From a bacterium (GTDB lineage Bacteria > JADJOY01): a DNA stretch of 40,172 nt. A program made the position numbers and the translations under genes. Below are positions 17,360 to 26,183 of this stretch, piece after piece. The stretch spans positions 1-40,172 of the forward strand of contig JAXLQJ010000065.1 in the NCBI GenBank assembly GCA_046331705.1, written 5' to 3'. The notes under the pieces were generated by a model. It saw only the letters and a list, made by a program, of their open reading frames with translations, did no database searches and had not been told where the DNA came from. Position 1 is the stretch's first letter, and every line of letters starts with the position of its first letter.

Positions 17360-19426
17360 TCAGCCGCGCGGGCGCTGGGCCGCCATCGAGCGCGGCGCGG
17401 TGACGCCCTCGCCGCCGAGCTGGACCACGGCGCGCTGCGCCGCCGCCGCGGGCGCGGCGCGCTTGACCCCTTGATCGCGGCTGCGCAGCTGGCGGTACTC
17501 GGCCTCGGTGAGGATCAGGTACTCGTAGCACCGCACCCGCTGGTTCTCGAAGCCCTTGAACACCGGCTGGTGCGGGATCTCGCGGATCAGGATCATGCGA
17601 TCGATCGCCGGGTCCTTGTAGATCAGCAGGAAGGCATAGTGCTGGAAGGGCGACTTCGCGTCGCGGGTCTCCTCGGGGTCGTAGCGCGGGAAGTTCTCGG
17701 CGCGCACTTGCTCGCGCAGCTCCTGGAAGGTCGAGTCGAGCGACACGATCCCGTTGTTGTTGAGCGTGCCTTCCACGTCGATCGAAGCGCGGAAGATCCG
17801 TAACGGATCGGGCTCTCGGCTGGGGTTGGGGCCTTGCAGATACTTCTCGCCCGCCTTGCCGGTGGTGAGGCGCGAGGTGAGGTTGATGACCTGCCCGATG
17901 CGCCGGAACTCCTCGCGTGGCATGCCGTCGAGCGCGGTGCCCTGGTAGATCGAGATCAAGGCGCTCTCGCCGGTGCCGATGCCGACCCGGATGCCGTCCA
18001 CGAACGGGCTCTCCATCGGGCTGTCGAGGACGCGGCGCTTGATCACGCGCTGGCTCTCGTAGTGGTCGTAGAAGACCGAGACGTAGCGCACGGCATCGAT
18101 CGCGCGTTCGAAGCTCTCGAAGACCGCATCGCCCTCGAAGGACTCGGGGCGGCCATCGAACTCACCGAGCCGGTCGCGTCGGATCGCGAACAGGTTCTGG
18201 ATGGCGAGCCCCGCGTACTCGTTCAAGACCTCGCGGGTGCGGCGGCTGAAGCCGATGATGTCGAAGAGCGCGTACGTGCCCCAGCGGTTGTGGTTGTAGA
18301 GGTGGTCGCGATCGAGGGTGATGGGCACCGTGCGCTCGCTCAGCACGATGTCGTGGAGGTAGGTCGCGCCCTCCTCGATTCGCACCTCGCGGATCAAGCT
18401 CCGCAGCGCGTTCAGGAAATCCCAGATCAACAGATCGTTGGTGACCACCGCGAAGGCGCGCGCCAGCTCGCGCAGCCGCGCCAGGCTGGTGAGATCTCGC
18501 TTGAGCTCGCGCGGGTAGTCGGCGCTGGTCAGGTGGAAGAGCACGTATCGGCTCACGTCCTCACGATGGGCGAGGCGGTGGGCCCAGTCGTCGCGGGCCG
18601 TGGGCGGCGGGCCGTCCCGCATGAACGCTTCCTGGAGGAAGAGCGCGCGGCCGCTGGGGCGGCCGTGCTCGAGGTCGTCGTAGTCGCGGCGCAGCGTCTG
18701 CTCGACGACGTCGAAGAGACGCAGGAACGAGTCGGGGTCGATCCCGTAGTCCTTCACCAGGAAGACGCTGCGCAGGTTGGGGCGATGGTAGAGCGAGTCG
18801 GGGCGCTCGCTGTCGATGAGCCGGCTCTCGGTCAGCATCTTGAGCAACGGGTTCGCGAACACGCGCTCGGTCCACGGCCCGGGCTTGGTGCGATGGAAGA
18901 CGTGCCGGAGGGAGGCGTTGGCGAGACGGTGACGGGTGGCCAGGCTGGCCAGCACCAGACGCTTGACGCGCCCGTAGCGCGCGGGGTCGCGGCCCAGCAG
19001 GTGGTTGAGTCGGTGGTGGGCGTTGAGCGCCGTGGCGATGCGCTCGCTGAGGAGCAGCCAAACCACGTTCTCGAACTTGAAGATCCCGCCGCCGCTCACC
19101 GCCTTGACCAGCAGGTCGGAGAGCGCCTCGACGTAGCGCTCGCCGAACAGCCGTTGCTCGGCGTCGGGGCTGGTCAGGTCCTCACGGTGGTGAGGGTCGT
19201 CGAGGTGCTGATCGATCAGCCGATTGACGAGCTTCTCGAGCTCGCGATCGAGGTCGTGATTGGGCGCGACCGGGAAGCCCTCGCCGATGATCTCGTCGGG
19301 CGTGCCGATCTTCGAGAGGTGGGGGATCTCGTTCTCGATGCCGGGCAAGAGCCGGCGCAGCGTCGCGACCGAGGTGCCGAATCGGCACTTGCGCGCCACG
19401 GTTTCGAGACGTTTGAGCTCACCCAT
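17360..19426 (-). CDS. 688-aa protein with unknown N-terminal region and class III nucleotide cyclase-like C-terminal domain
   Basis: FDIIGFS (D389), FEGDA (D433), IRVGIGTG and IGQVINLTSRL (N515/R519). Amino-acid composition is typical of a real protein, unlike the overlapping frames. Confidence 0.8.
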   Translation of the reverse strand: MGELKRLETVARKCRFGTSVATLRRLLPGIENEIPHLSKIGTPDEIIGEGFPVAPNHDLDRELEKLVNRLIDQHLDDPHHREDLTSPDAEQRLFGERYVEALSDLLVKAVSGGGIFKFENVVWLLLSERIATALNAHHRLNHLLGRDPARYGRVKRLVLASLATRHRLANASLRHVFHRTKPGPWTERVFANPLLKMLTESRLIDSERPDSLYHRPNLRSVFLVKDYGIDPDSFLRLFDVVEQTLRRDYDDLEHGRPSGRALFLQEAFMRDGPPPTARDDWAHRLAHREDVSRYVLFHLTSADYPRELKRDLTSLARLRELARAFAVVTNDLLIWDFLNALRSLIREVRIEEGATYLHDIVLSERTVPITLDRDHLYNHNRWGTYALFDIIGFSRRTREVLNEYAGLAIQNLFAIRRDRLGEFDGRPESFEGDAVFESFERAIDAVRYVSVFYDHYESQRVIKRRVLDSPMESPFVDGIRVGIGTGESALISIYQGTALDGMPREEFRRIGQVINLTSRLTTGKAGEKYLQGPNPSREPDPLRIFRASIDVEGTLNNNGIVSLDSTFQELREQVRAENFPRYDPEETRDAKSPFQHYAFLLIYKDPAIDRMILIREIPHQPVFKGFENQRVRCYEYLILTEAEYRQLRSRDQGVKRAAPAAAAQRAVVQLGGEGVTAPRSMAAQRPRG

Positions 19427-19478
19427 GGGTCGGATCGCGAATCGGGGATTCCGAACGCGGTTCCCCGACCGTCAACCG

Positions 19479-19494
19479 AGCAACGATCGTGCCG
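19479..19494 (-). promoter_or_regulatory. sigma54 (-24/-12) promoter of the cyclase-like gene
   Basis: CGGCACG-ATCG-TTGCT with exact GG-N10-GC spacing, 52 nt upstream of the ATG. Confidence 0.75.
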
Positions 19495-19698
19495 TCGCCG
19501 GGCCGAGCAGCGGGCGAAGTATTCTCAATGATTTCGGGCGGGACCTTCGTCCGCGCGAGCACGTGGGTGCATCCTCGACCGGTTTCCGCCAACGCGGTGA
19601 CAGTCGATGACGCTTCGTTGCAACTGTCTCGATGGGGCGCCCGCCGGAGGCGGAACGCGAATGGGGACGGCGCGAGGACCCGGGTGGGCTGGGGTCCG

Positions 19699-21168
19699 TC
19701 AGGCGAGCGGCGCGGCTGCGGTGGCGGGCTCGAGGCGCGGCGACGCGGCGTCGCGGGGACGCCCGTAGAACGCGCGCTTGCCCGCGACCCAGCCCTTGTA
19801 GAGGAGCTGGGCTCGGTTCGGCGTCTGTCGCAGGACCCGCAGCACGCGACGCGGCTGGGTGTAGAACCGCCGATAGCCGCGGTTGCGGATGTCGAGGAGC
19901 TCGTCGTCGCTCAGTCGCGAGCGCTGGCTCTTGGGCGTCTGGTAGTCGTAGCCGGTGATGGCGTCGAGCGTGAACTCGGTGCGATGCCCCTCGCCGGCGC
20001 TCGGGCTCACCGAGTCGTCGTAGTAGTTGACGATCGAGAGCGAGATCGAGTTGAGCGGCAGCGAGCACGCGAGGTCGATGGTTCGCTCCATCTCCTCGCG
20101 GGTCTCGTCCTCGAAGCCGATCATGAAGAAGCAGTGCGTGAAGATGCCGCGCTCGCTGCACTTGCGGATGGTCTCGCAGATCTTGGCGATCTGGCTGCGG
20201 CGTCCGAGCGACTTCTGGCGTTCCTCGCTCGCCGTCTCGATGGCGAACGCGGCGAAGATCGTGCCCATGCGCTTGAACTGGTCGAGCAGCTCGTCGTCGA
20301 CGATCTCGCCGCGCAGCCCGTTGGGGAACGACCAGTTGAAGCGCATTCCCGAGGCGAGCACGGCGCTGCACACGCTCTTGGCGCGGGCCAGGTCGAAGTT
20401 GAAGATGTCGTCCTGCACGAGGATGTCGCGCACCTGGTAGCGGTCGTGAAGGATGCGCAGCTCCTCGATCACGTTCTCGGGCGAGCGGGCGCGGAACTTC
20501 TTCCCCTGCACGTGATGGCAATAACTACAGCGATACGGGCACCCGCGTGAGGTGAAGATCACCGCGTTGCGCTTCGCGACGAAGAGGTACTGGTTGGCGA
20601 ACGAGAAGTCGTAGTCGGAGATGCGGACCAGGTCCCACGCGGGATGCGGGATGGCGTCGAGATCGGCGATGAACGGCCGCTCGGGAGTCTGGATCGTGAT
20701 CCCGTCGGCGTTGCGCAGGGCGATGCCCGCGACCTGGGTGAGGTCGCCACCGGCGTCGAGGGTCCGCACCAGGTCGACGAGCGTCTCCTCGCCCTCGCCG
20801 ATCACCGCCGCGTCCACGTTCGGGTCGCGCAGGATCGAGCGCCACGAGCAGCTCGCGTACGGGCCGCCGAAGATCATCGGCACGCGCGGAAGCGCGCTCT
20901 TCACGGCCCGTGCGACGCGATGCGCGACGGCGCCGTCGACGTTGAACGAGCCGATGCCGACCAGATCCGGCCCGAGCGCCACGATCCGCCGCGCGGCTTC
21001 CTCGGGCTCGGGATAGTCGACGAACAGGTCGACGATGTGGACGTCGACCTCGGGGAGGAACTTGCGCAAGTAGCTCGCGAGGTAGAGCAGGCCGAGCGGC
21101 AGGAAGCGCTCGGTGACCGACGAGCACATGGCCGAGCGGGCCAGGACGATGCGTTTGACTCGATTCAT
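19699..21168 (-). CDS. B12-binding domain radical SAM protein (class B type)
   Basis: PLGLLYLASYL, FGGPYA, IGEGE, TSRGCPYRCSYC (CxxxCxxC), DDIF, AIET and FMIGF motifs. Confidence 0.92.
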   Translation of the reverse strand: MNRVKRIVLARSAMCSSVTERFLPLGLLYLASYLRKFLPEVDVHIVDLFVDYPEPEEAARRIVALGPDLVGIGSFNVDGAVAHRVARAVKSALPRVPMIFGGPYASCSWRSILRDPNVDAAVIGEGEETLVDLVRTLDAGGDLTQVAGIALRNADGITIQTPERPFIADLDAIPHPAWDLVRISDYDFSFANQYLFVAKRNAVIFTSRGCPYRCSYCHHVQGKKFRARSPENVIEELRILHDRYQVRDILVQDDIFNFDLARAKSVCSAVLASGMRFNWSFPNGLRGEIVDDELLDQFKRMGTIFAAFAIETASEERQKSLGRRSQIAKICETIRKCSERGIFTHCFFMIGFEDETREEMERTIDLACSLPLNSISLSIVNYYDDSVSPSAGEGHRTEFTLDAITGYDYQTPKSQRSRLSDDELLDIRNRGYRRFYTQPRRVLRVLRQTPNRAQLLYKGWVAGKRAFYGRPRDAASPRLEPATAAAPLA

Positions 21169-21296
21169 GCGCGATTCGCTGCGGGGACGGGAACGCGGCG
21201 CAGAATACCAGCCACGCCACGACCGGCCAACGAACGCGCTGCGGCGGGGCGTGCGAGGGGACGCGGCGCGCGCACGCCTGATACTCTCGGCGCGCC

Positions 21297-22043
21297 GTGG
21301 AAACCGCGCTCTACGACGAGTGGAACCGGATCGAGTCCCACCACTGGTGGTTCGTGGGGCGCGGCTCGCTCTTCGTGCGGATGTTGAGCCGCTACCTGGG
21401 GGCCGCGCGCCACCGCGTGCTCGACGTCGGATGCGGGACCGGCAGCAACGTGTTGCGGCTGGGGCGATTCGGGCAGGTGATCGGTCTGGATCCGTCGCGC
21501 GCGGCGCTCGGCTATTGCCGCGATCGCCTGGCGGGACGAGGTGCGCTCACCGGCGGCACGATGTCGTGCCTGCCTTTCGGCGCCGGTGCCTTCGACGTGG
21601 TGACCGCGTTCGACGTGCTCGAGCACGATGCGGATCCGGAGGCGTGCGTGCGTGAGGTGTACCGCGTGCTCGAGCCGGGCGGCTGGTTCCTCGCGAGCGT
21701 GCCGGCCTACCGGCTCATGTGGGGCGATCACGATCGGGTCGCGCACCACTACCGTCGTTATCGGCGCGCCGAGATCGAACGCTTGCTTCGCGACGCCGGC
21801 TTCGAGGTGGTCCGCTCCACCCACCTCAACTCGTTCTTGTTCCCGATCGCGTTCGTGTTCCGGCAGGTGAAGAACGCGATCGGCAAGCTCGTGCCCCACG
21901 AACCGCGCTCGGATTTCGGCGGCACCGCGCCGCCACTGGTCAACGGCGTGCTGCGGCGCATCTTCGAGGCCGAGGGGCCGCTCTTGGATCGCGTCGATCT
22001 GCCGTTCGGTCTTTCCATCGCCTGCCTCGCGCGTCGGCCGTGA
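21297..22043 (+). CDS. Class I SAM-dependent methyltransferase
   Basis: HWWFVGR, VLDVGCGTG, FDVLEH, VPAY.LMWGDHD and HYRRY. This type is commonly found in glycan loci. Confidence 0.9.
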   Translation: METALYDEWNRIESHHWWFVGRGSLFVRMLSRYLGAARHRVLDVGCGTGSNVLRLGRFGQVIGLDPSRAALGYCRDRLAGRGALTGGTMSCLPFGAGAFDVVTAFDVLEHDADPEACVREVYRVLEPGGWFLASVPAYRLMWGDHDRVAHHYRRYRRAEIERLLRDAGFEVVRSTHLNSFLFPIAFVFRQVKNAIGKLVPHEPRSDFGGTAPPLVNGVLRRIFEAEGPLLDRVDLPFGLSIACLARRP

Positions 22044-24454
22044 CCGCGGAGGGTCGCGAAGCAGGCGCCGCGGAGACGGCGCCGCGTGCGCCGGGCGTGG
22101 TCGAGCCGGTGACGCCGCCCGCGAGTGCCGGTGCCCTCGGAGTGGGCGAGGAGGCGCTCGGCTGGAGCGCGTTCGTCGCGGCGGTGGCGCTGCTCTGGCT
22201 CTGGCAGGGCCAAGGGCTGGTCGCCGGCCTCGGCACGCTCGGCGCGGACCTCGCGTGCTTCACGCCGATCGTGGCCGCGGGAGCGTGGCTCGCCGCAGCG
22301 CCCGCGCGACGCCGGCGGGCGCTGCTCTTCCTCGACTCGGCGTGCGCGAGCCCACGGCGCGCGGCGCTGCTCGTGACGCTGGTGCTGCTCGGCGCGGTCA
22401 AGGTGTACGCGGTGCCGGGGTTTCGTGAGCTGGACGGCGACGGCGCCTGCCACACCACGGCGGCGCGCCTGGTGGCCGACACGTTCGCCGCTCGCGAGTG
22501 GCCGACCTGGTCGAACGCGTGGGCGATGGGGTTCCCGTTCCTGCAGTTCTACCCACCGCTCTTCGCGTGGATCTCGGGCGGGCTCACGTGGCTCACCGAC
22601 GATCCGCGCTTCGCGGTTCGCGCGGTGCTCGCGCTCGCGCATCTGGCCTCGGGGTGGGGCGCGTTCGCGCTCGGCCGCCGGCTCTTTCCGCGTCCCGGCG
22701 CCGCGATCGTGTGTGCGATCGGATACGCGCTCACGCCCTGGCATCTCTTCGAGGTCTTCCACTGGAACCGCTTCCCCACGGCGCTGATCTGGGCGCTGTG
22801 GCCGTGGGTGCTGTGGATCTTCGAGCGTGGCCGCGACGGCGCGCGTTGGGTGTTCGGTTGCGCCTCGTTGCTCGCGGTCGCGGCGCTCGCCCATCACGGC
22901 GCCGCGTTCTTCGTGGGCGAGCTGCTCGGCCTGTGGGCGCTCTTGCGCTGGCTCGAGCAGCCCGACGCGGTGCAAGCGGCGCGGGCGGGGCTGCGGGCGC
23001 TGGCGGCCGCCGGTGCGCTGGCGGTCGCGCTGGTGGCCTTCTTCGTGCTGCCGTACGCGCTCGAATCGAAGCTGACGTTCGAGCCTCCTGGCCTCGGCGG
23101 GGTTCGCTTCGACTTCGATCAGCCGCATCTCGCGACGGTCCTGTGGCCGGCGCGTCGCCCGGTCGGCCATTCGGGCTACCTCGGCCTCGCGCTGGTGCTG
23201 CCGGGCTGGGCGGGAGCGGCGCTCGCGAGCTTGCGTCGCCAGCGAGGGCGCTGGGCCACGGTCGGCTGCCTCGGTTACGCCTGGCTGCTCGCCTTGGGCC
23301 ACGATCTCCCGATCTATCCATGGATCCCGTTCGCGAAGGCGCTCTTCTTCGGCGGGCGCTACCTGATCTTCGTGGCGCTCTTCCTGGCCCTCGGGCTGGG
23401 GCATCTGTGGTGCTGGCTCGAGGAGCGCGGTTGGTGGTCGAGCCCGAGCACGCGGGCGTGGGCACGGGCCACGGCGTTGCTGGTGTTGCTCGCCGACCTC
23501 GGCGGCACGACGTTCACCCGCTATCGGCATCCGTATCCGGCGGGGCGCACGGGCGAAGCGCGACGTCAGGCGTTCGAGTCTCTCGGCACGTCCGCCGGGA
23601 TGGAGTTGGGCACCCGCGTCCTCGAGCTCCCCGATGCGCCACGTGATTACCTGTGGAGCGCGCTCTTGCCGCTCACCGCGCGACACGCCACCGCGGCGCC
23701 AGGGCTGTGGGGCACGCTGCGCTCCGGGATGTACTTCTTTCGCGGATGGGTGGACGTGGACGAGGCGTGGCACGCGAATCCGGGATCGCTTGCGCCGGGC
23801 TCCCTCGATCGGCTGGCGCTGAGCGCGACGCGCACGCTGCTCGCCACGCGCGCGGGCCCCACGGGTGATTCCACGCGTGTCACGGTGGATCTCGGCTCGC
23901 GCACCGGCTGGGTGATCGCCGCGTCGCGCTGGCGACCCATGAGCGACGACTTGGAGCTGCCGAGCGAGGGGTGGGAGCGGCCGTTCGGCGTCGACTCGAC
24001 GCCGCCGGGTGCTTGGGATCGAATCGTCGCCGCGATGGCCATCGATCGTGATTCGGCGACGGCGCGCACGCTGATCGTGCGCCGCGAGCTGCCGCTCCTC
24101 GGTGAGCCGGGTCCTGACGACGAGCCGGCACGGCCCCGGCTCACCGTCGAGAAGGTTCACGTGACGCCGACCACGGTCACCGTCGATCTCGACCTCGACC
24201 GCGCCGCGTATCTGCGCTTCGCGCAGTCGTACTATCCGCATCAACGCGTGCGCCTCGACGGGCACCGGACGGATGCGGTGCCGGACGTCACCCACGCGAC
24301 GGTTATCGCCGCGCCCGCGGGCCAGCACACGGTGCGCTTCGAGGGGGGCTCGTCGTGGCTGCGGCGGATCCTGGGCGCGCTCTCGTTCTCCGTGCTGTGC
24401 GCGGCGGCGGGATTCGAGGTCCGGGCGCGGGTTCGCGCGAGGCGCCACCCGTGA
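22040..24454 (+). CDS. Polytopic membrane protein, GT-C/YfhO-like (PTPS-related membrane protein type)
   Basis: DG..H and WSNAWAMGFPFLQFYPPL motifs, many TM helices, C-terminal QSYYP...AGQHTVRF. GTGA overlap with the methyltransferase stop. Confidence 0.75.
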   Translation: MTAEGREAGAAETAPRAPGVVEPVTPPASAGALGVGEEALGWSAFVAAVALLWLWQGQGLVAGLGTLGADLACFTPIVAAGAWLAAAPARRRRALLFLDSACASPRRAALLVTLVLLGAVKVYAVPGFRELDGDGACHTTAARLVADTFAAREWPTWSNAWAMGFPFLQFYPPLFAWISGGLTWLTDDPRFAVRAVLALAHLASGWGAFALGRRLFPRPGAAIVCAIGYALTPWHLFEVFHWNRFPTALIWALWPWVLWIFERGRDGARWVFGCASLLAVAALAHHGAAFFVGELLGLWALLRWLEQPDAVQAARAGLRALAAAGALAVALVAFFVLPYALESKLTFEPPGLGGVRFDFDQPHLATVLWPARRPVGHSGYLGLALVLPGWAGAALASLRRQRGRWATVGCLGYAWLLALGHDLPIYPWIPFAKALFFGGRYLIFVALFLALGLGHLWCWLEERGWWSSPSTRAWARATALLVLLADLGGTTFTRYRHPYPAGRTGEARRQAFESLGTSAGMELGTRVLELPDAPRDYLWSALLPLTARHATAAPGLWGTLRSGMYFFRGWVDVDEAWHANPGSLAPGSLDRLALSATRTLLATRAGPTGDSTRVTVDLGSRTGWVIAASRWRPMSDDLELPSEGWERPFGVDSTPPGAWDRIVAAMAIDRDSATARTLIVRRELPLLGEPGPDDEPARPRLTVEKVHVTPTTVTVDLDLDRAAYLRFAQSYYPHQRVRLDGHRTDAVPDVTHATVIAAPAGQHTVRFEGGSSWLRRILGALSFSVLCAAAGFEVRARVRARRHP

Positions 24455-25386
24455 ACGTCGCGATCCTCGCCGGTGGCGTCGGCGGCGCGCGTTTCGTGCG
24501 GGCGGCGAGCGCCGAGCTCGGCGCCGAGGCCATCACGGTGATCGTGAACACCGGCGACGATCAATCGTTCCACGGCCTCGAGATCTGCCCCGATCTCGAC
24601 TCGATCGTGTACACGCTCGCGGGCGAGAACGACGCGCAGCGCGGTTGGGGGCTTCGCGACGAGAGCTTCCGCGCGTTCGAGTCCCTCAAGCGATTCGACC
24701 CCGGCGCGTGGTTCCAGCTCGGCGATCGCGACCTCGGCACCCACCTCTTCCGCGCCCAGGCGCGCGCGGCGGGTGTGCCGCTCTCGGAGATCACCCGGCG
24801 CATCGCGGGGACGTTCGGATTGCGTGAGGTGGTGTTGCCGATGAGCGACGACCCGGTGCGCACGCGCGTCGTGACCGAGCGCGGCACGCTCACGTTCCAG
24901 GAGTACCACGTGCGCGAGCGTTCGCTGCCGCGCATCGAGCGCGTGCGCTACCAGGGCGGGGAAGAGGCCGCCCCGGCCCCGGGTGTGCTTCGGGCGTTGG
25001 CCGCTGCCGACGTCATCCTGGCGGCCCCCAGCAACCCGGTGAGCTCGATCGGCCCGATCCTCGCCGTGCCGGCGATCCACGCGGCACTCGTGGGTGCCGC
25101 GGCGCCGGTCGTCGCGCTGAGCGGCATCCGGGGCGGATCACCGTTTCGCGGCGACGCCGACCGCTTCCTCGCCGGCGCCGGGCACGAGGTGAGCGCGCTC
25201 GGTGTCGCGCGGATCTATCGCGACTGGATCGACGGGTTCGTGCTCGACGTCGCGGACGCGGCGCTCGCGCCGGCGATCGAGCAGCTCGGTTTGCGCGTGG
25301 CCGACTGCGACACGGCTCTCGAGCCGCTGGAGCGGGGGCGGGAGGTGGTCCGTCGCTGCGTCGCGCTCGCCGCGACGCTCGCGTGA
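24451..25386 (+). CDS. cofD: 2-phospho-L-lactate / phosphoenolpyruvate transferase (F420 biosynthesis, FbiA)
   Basis: GGVGGARF, NTGDD, CPDLDS, GDRDLGTH, PMSDD, FQEY and PSNPVSSIGPIL motifs. GTGA overlap with the upstream gene. Confidence 0.94.
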   Translation: MNVAILAGGVGGARFVRAASAELGAEAITVIVNTGDDQSFHGLEICPDLDSIVYTLAGENDAQRGWGLRDESFRAFESLKRFDPGAWFQLGDRDLGTHLFRAQARAAGVPLSEITRRIAGTFGLREVVLPMSDDPVRTRVVTERGTLTFQEYHVRERSLPRIERVRYQGGEEAAPAPGVLRALAAADVILAAPSNPVSSIGPILAVPAIHAALVGAAAPVVALSGIRGGSPFRGDADRFLAGAGHEVSALGVARIYRDWIDGFVLDVADAALAPAIEQLGLRVADCDTALEPLERGREVVRRCVALAATLA

Positions 25387-25448
25387 TCTCCCCGCGGAGT
25401 CTGCCGATTGGTGTGGGCGTCGCATCCCGCGATGCGCCCCGCACCTTG

Positions 25449-25472
25449 CGCCCCACCAGGCGCCCCACCAGG
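25449..25472 (+). repeat. 12-bp perfect tandem duplication in the cofD-cofC spacer
   Basis: CGCCCCACCAGG twice. Confidence 0.8.
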
Positions 25473-25514
25473 TCTCGGCTGGCGCGCGCCGGATGTGCTA
25501 CCCCTGGCGCGGTC

Positions 25515-26183
25515 ATGAACGTCGTGCTGATTCCCATCAAGGAGCTGGGCGCGGCGAAGAGTCGCTTGCGGCCGGTGCTCGGCGACGCCGAACGGGAGCG
25601 CCTGGTGCTCGGCCTCGCCGAGAAGGCCATTCGCGCGGCGCTCGAGGCGGACGGCGTGGACCGCGTGCTGGTCGTGAGCCGCGATCCGCGGGTGCTGGCG
25701 CGCGCCGCGGAATGCCGAGCGCAGGTGGTCGCCGAGAGCTCGCCCACGCATGACGAGCGGGCGCTCAATCGCGCCCTCGACCAAGGCCGGGCGCGTGCCC
25801 TCGAGCTGGGCGCGACGGCGCTGGCGGTGCTGGTCGCCGATCTGCCCACCATCGAGCCCGCCGACGTGAGCGCGCTCTTCGAGGCCGCCCGAGGCGATGC
25901 TGCGGTCGTGCTGGCTCGCTCCCACGACGGCGCGGGGCTGGGGGCGCTGGTCGAGAGCCCGATCGCCGGCCTGCCGTTTCACTTCGGCGACGGGCGTGCG
26001 TTCGAGCATCATCTCCACGAGGCGCGCACGCGCGGGCTGGGGACGCGCACGCTCGACCGTCCCGGGTTGGCCCTCGATCTGGACACGACCGACGACTGGG
26101 CGCGCCATCGCGACGTGCTGGGGCGCGCGTGGCCGGTGGGCGCGGTGCACGACCGGCCCGCGCGCGTCGTTCACACGCGATGA
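25515..26183 (+). CDS. cofC: Phospholactate / PEP guanylyltransferase (F420 biosynthesis, FbiD)
   Basis: IPIK...AKSRL, LNRAL, ADLP and LDLDT motifs; located between cofD and cofE. Confidence 0.9.
   Translation: MNVVLIPIKELGAAKSRLRPVLGDAERERLVLGLAEKAIRAALEADGVDRVLVVSRDPRVLARAAECRAQVVAESSPTHDERALNRALDQGRARALELGATALAVLVADLPTIEPADVSALFEAARGDAAVVLARSHDGAGLGALVESPIAGLPFHFGDGRAFEHHLHEARTRGLGTRTLDRPGLALDLDTTDDWARHRDVLGRAWPVGAVHDRPARVVHTR

Noticed and set aside
17040-19426. Pycsar or CBASS-like anti-phage system
   Set aside because: No adjacent cyclic-nucleotide-binding TM or TIR effector, no defence-island context, and a sigma54 promoter. The cyclase is kept as a finding but not called a defence system.
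19699-21168. Radical SAM gene as the missing Fo synthase (CofG/CofH)
   Set aside because: It has an N-terminal cobalamin-binding domain and class B architecture, unlike CofG/CofH/FbiC
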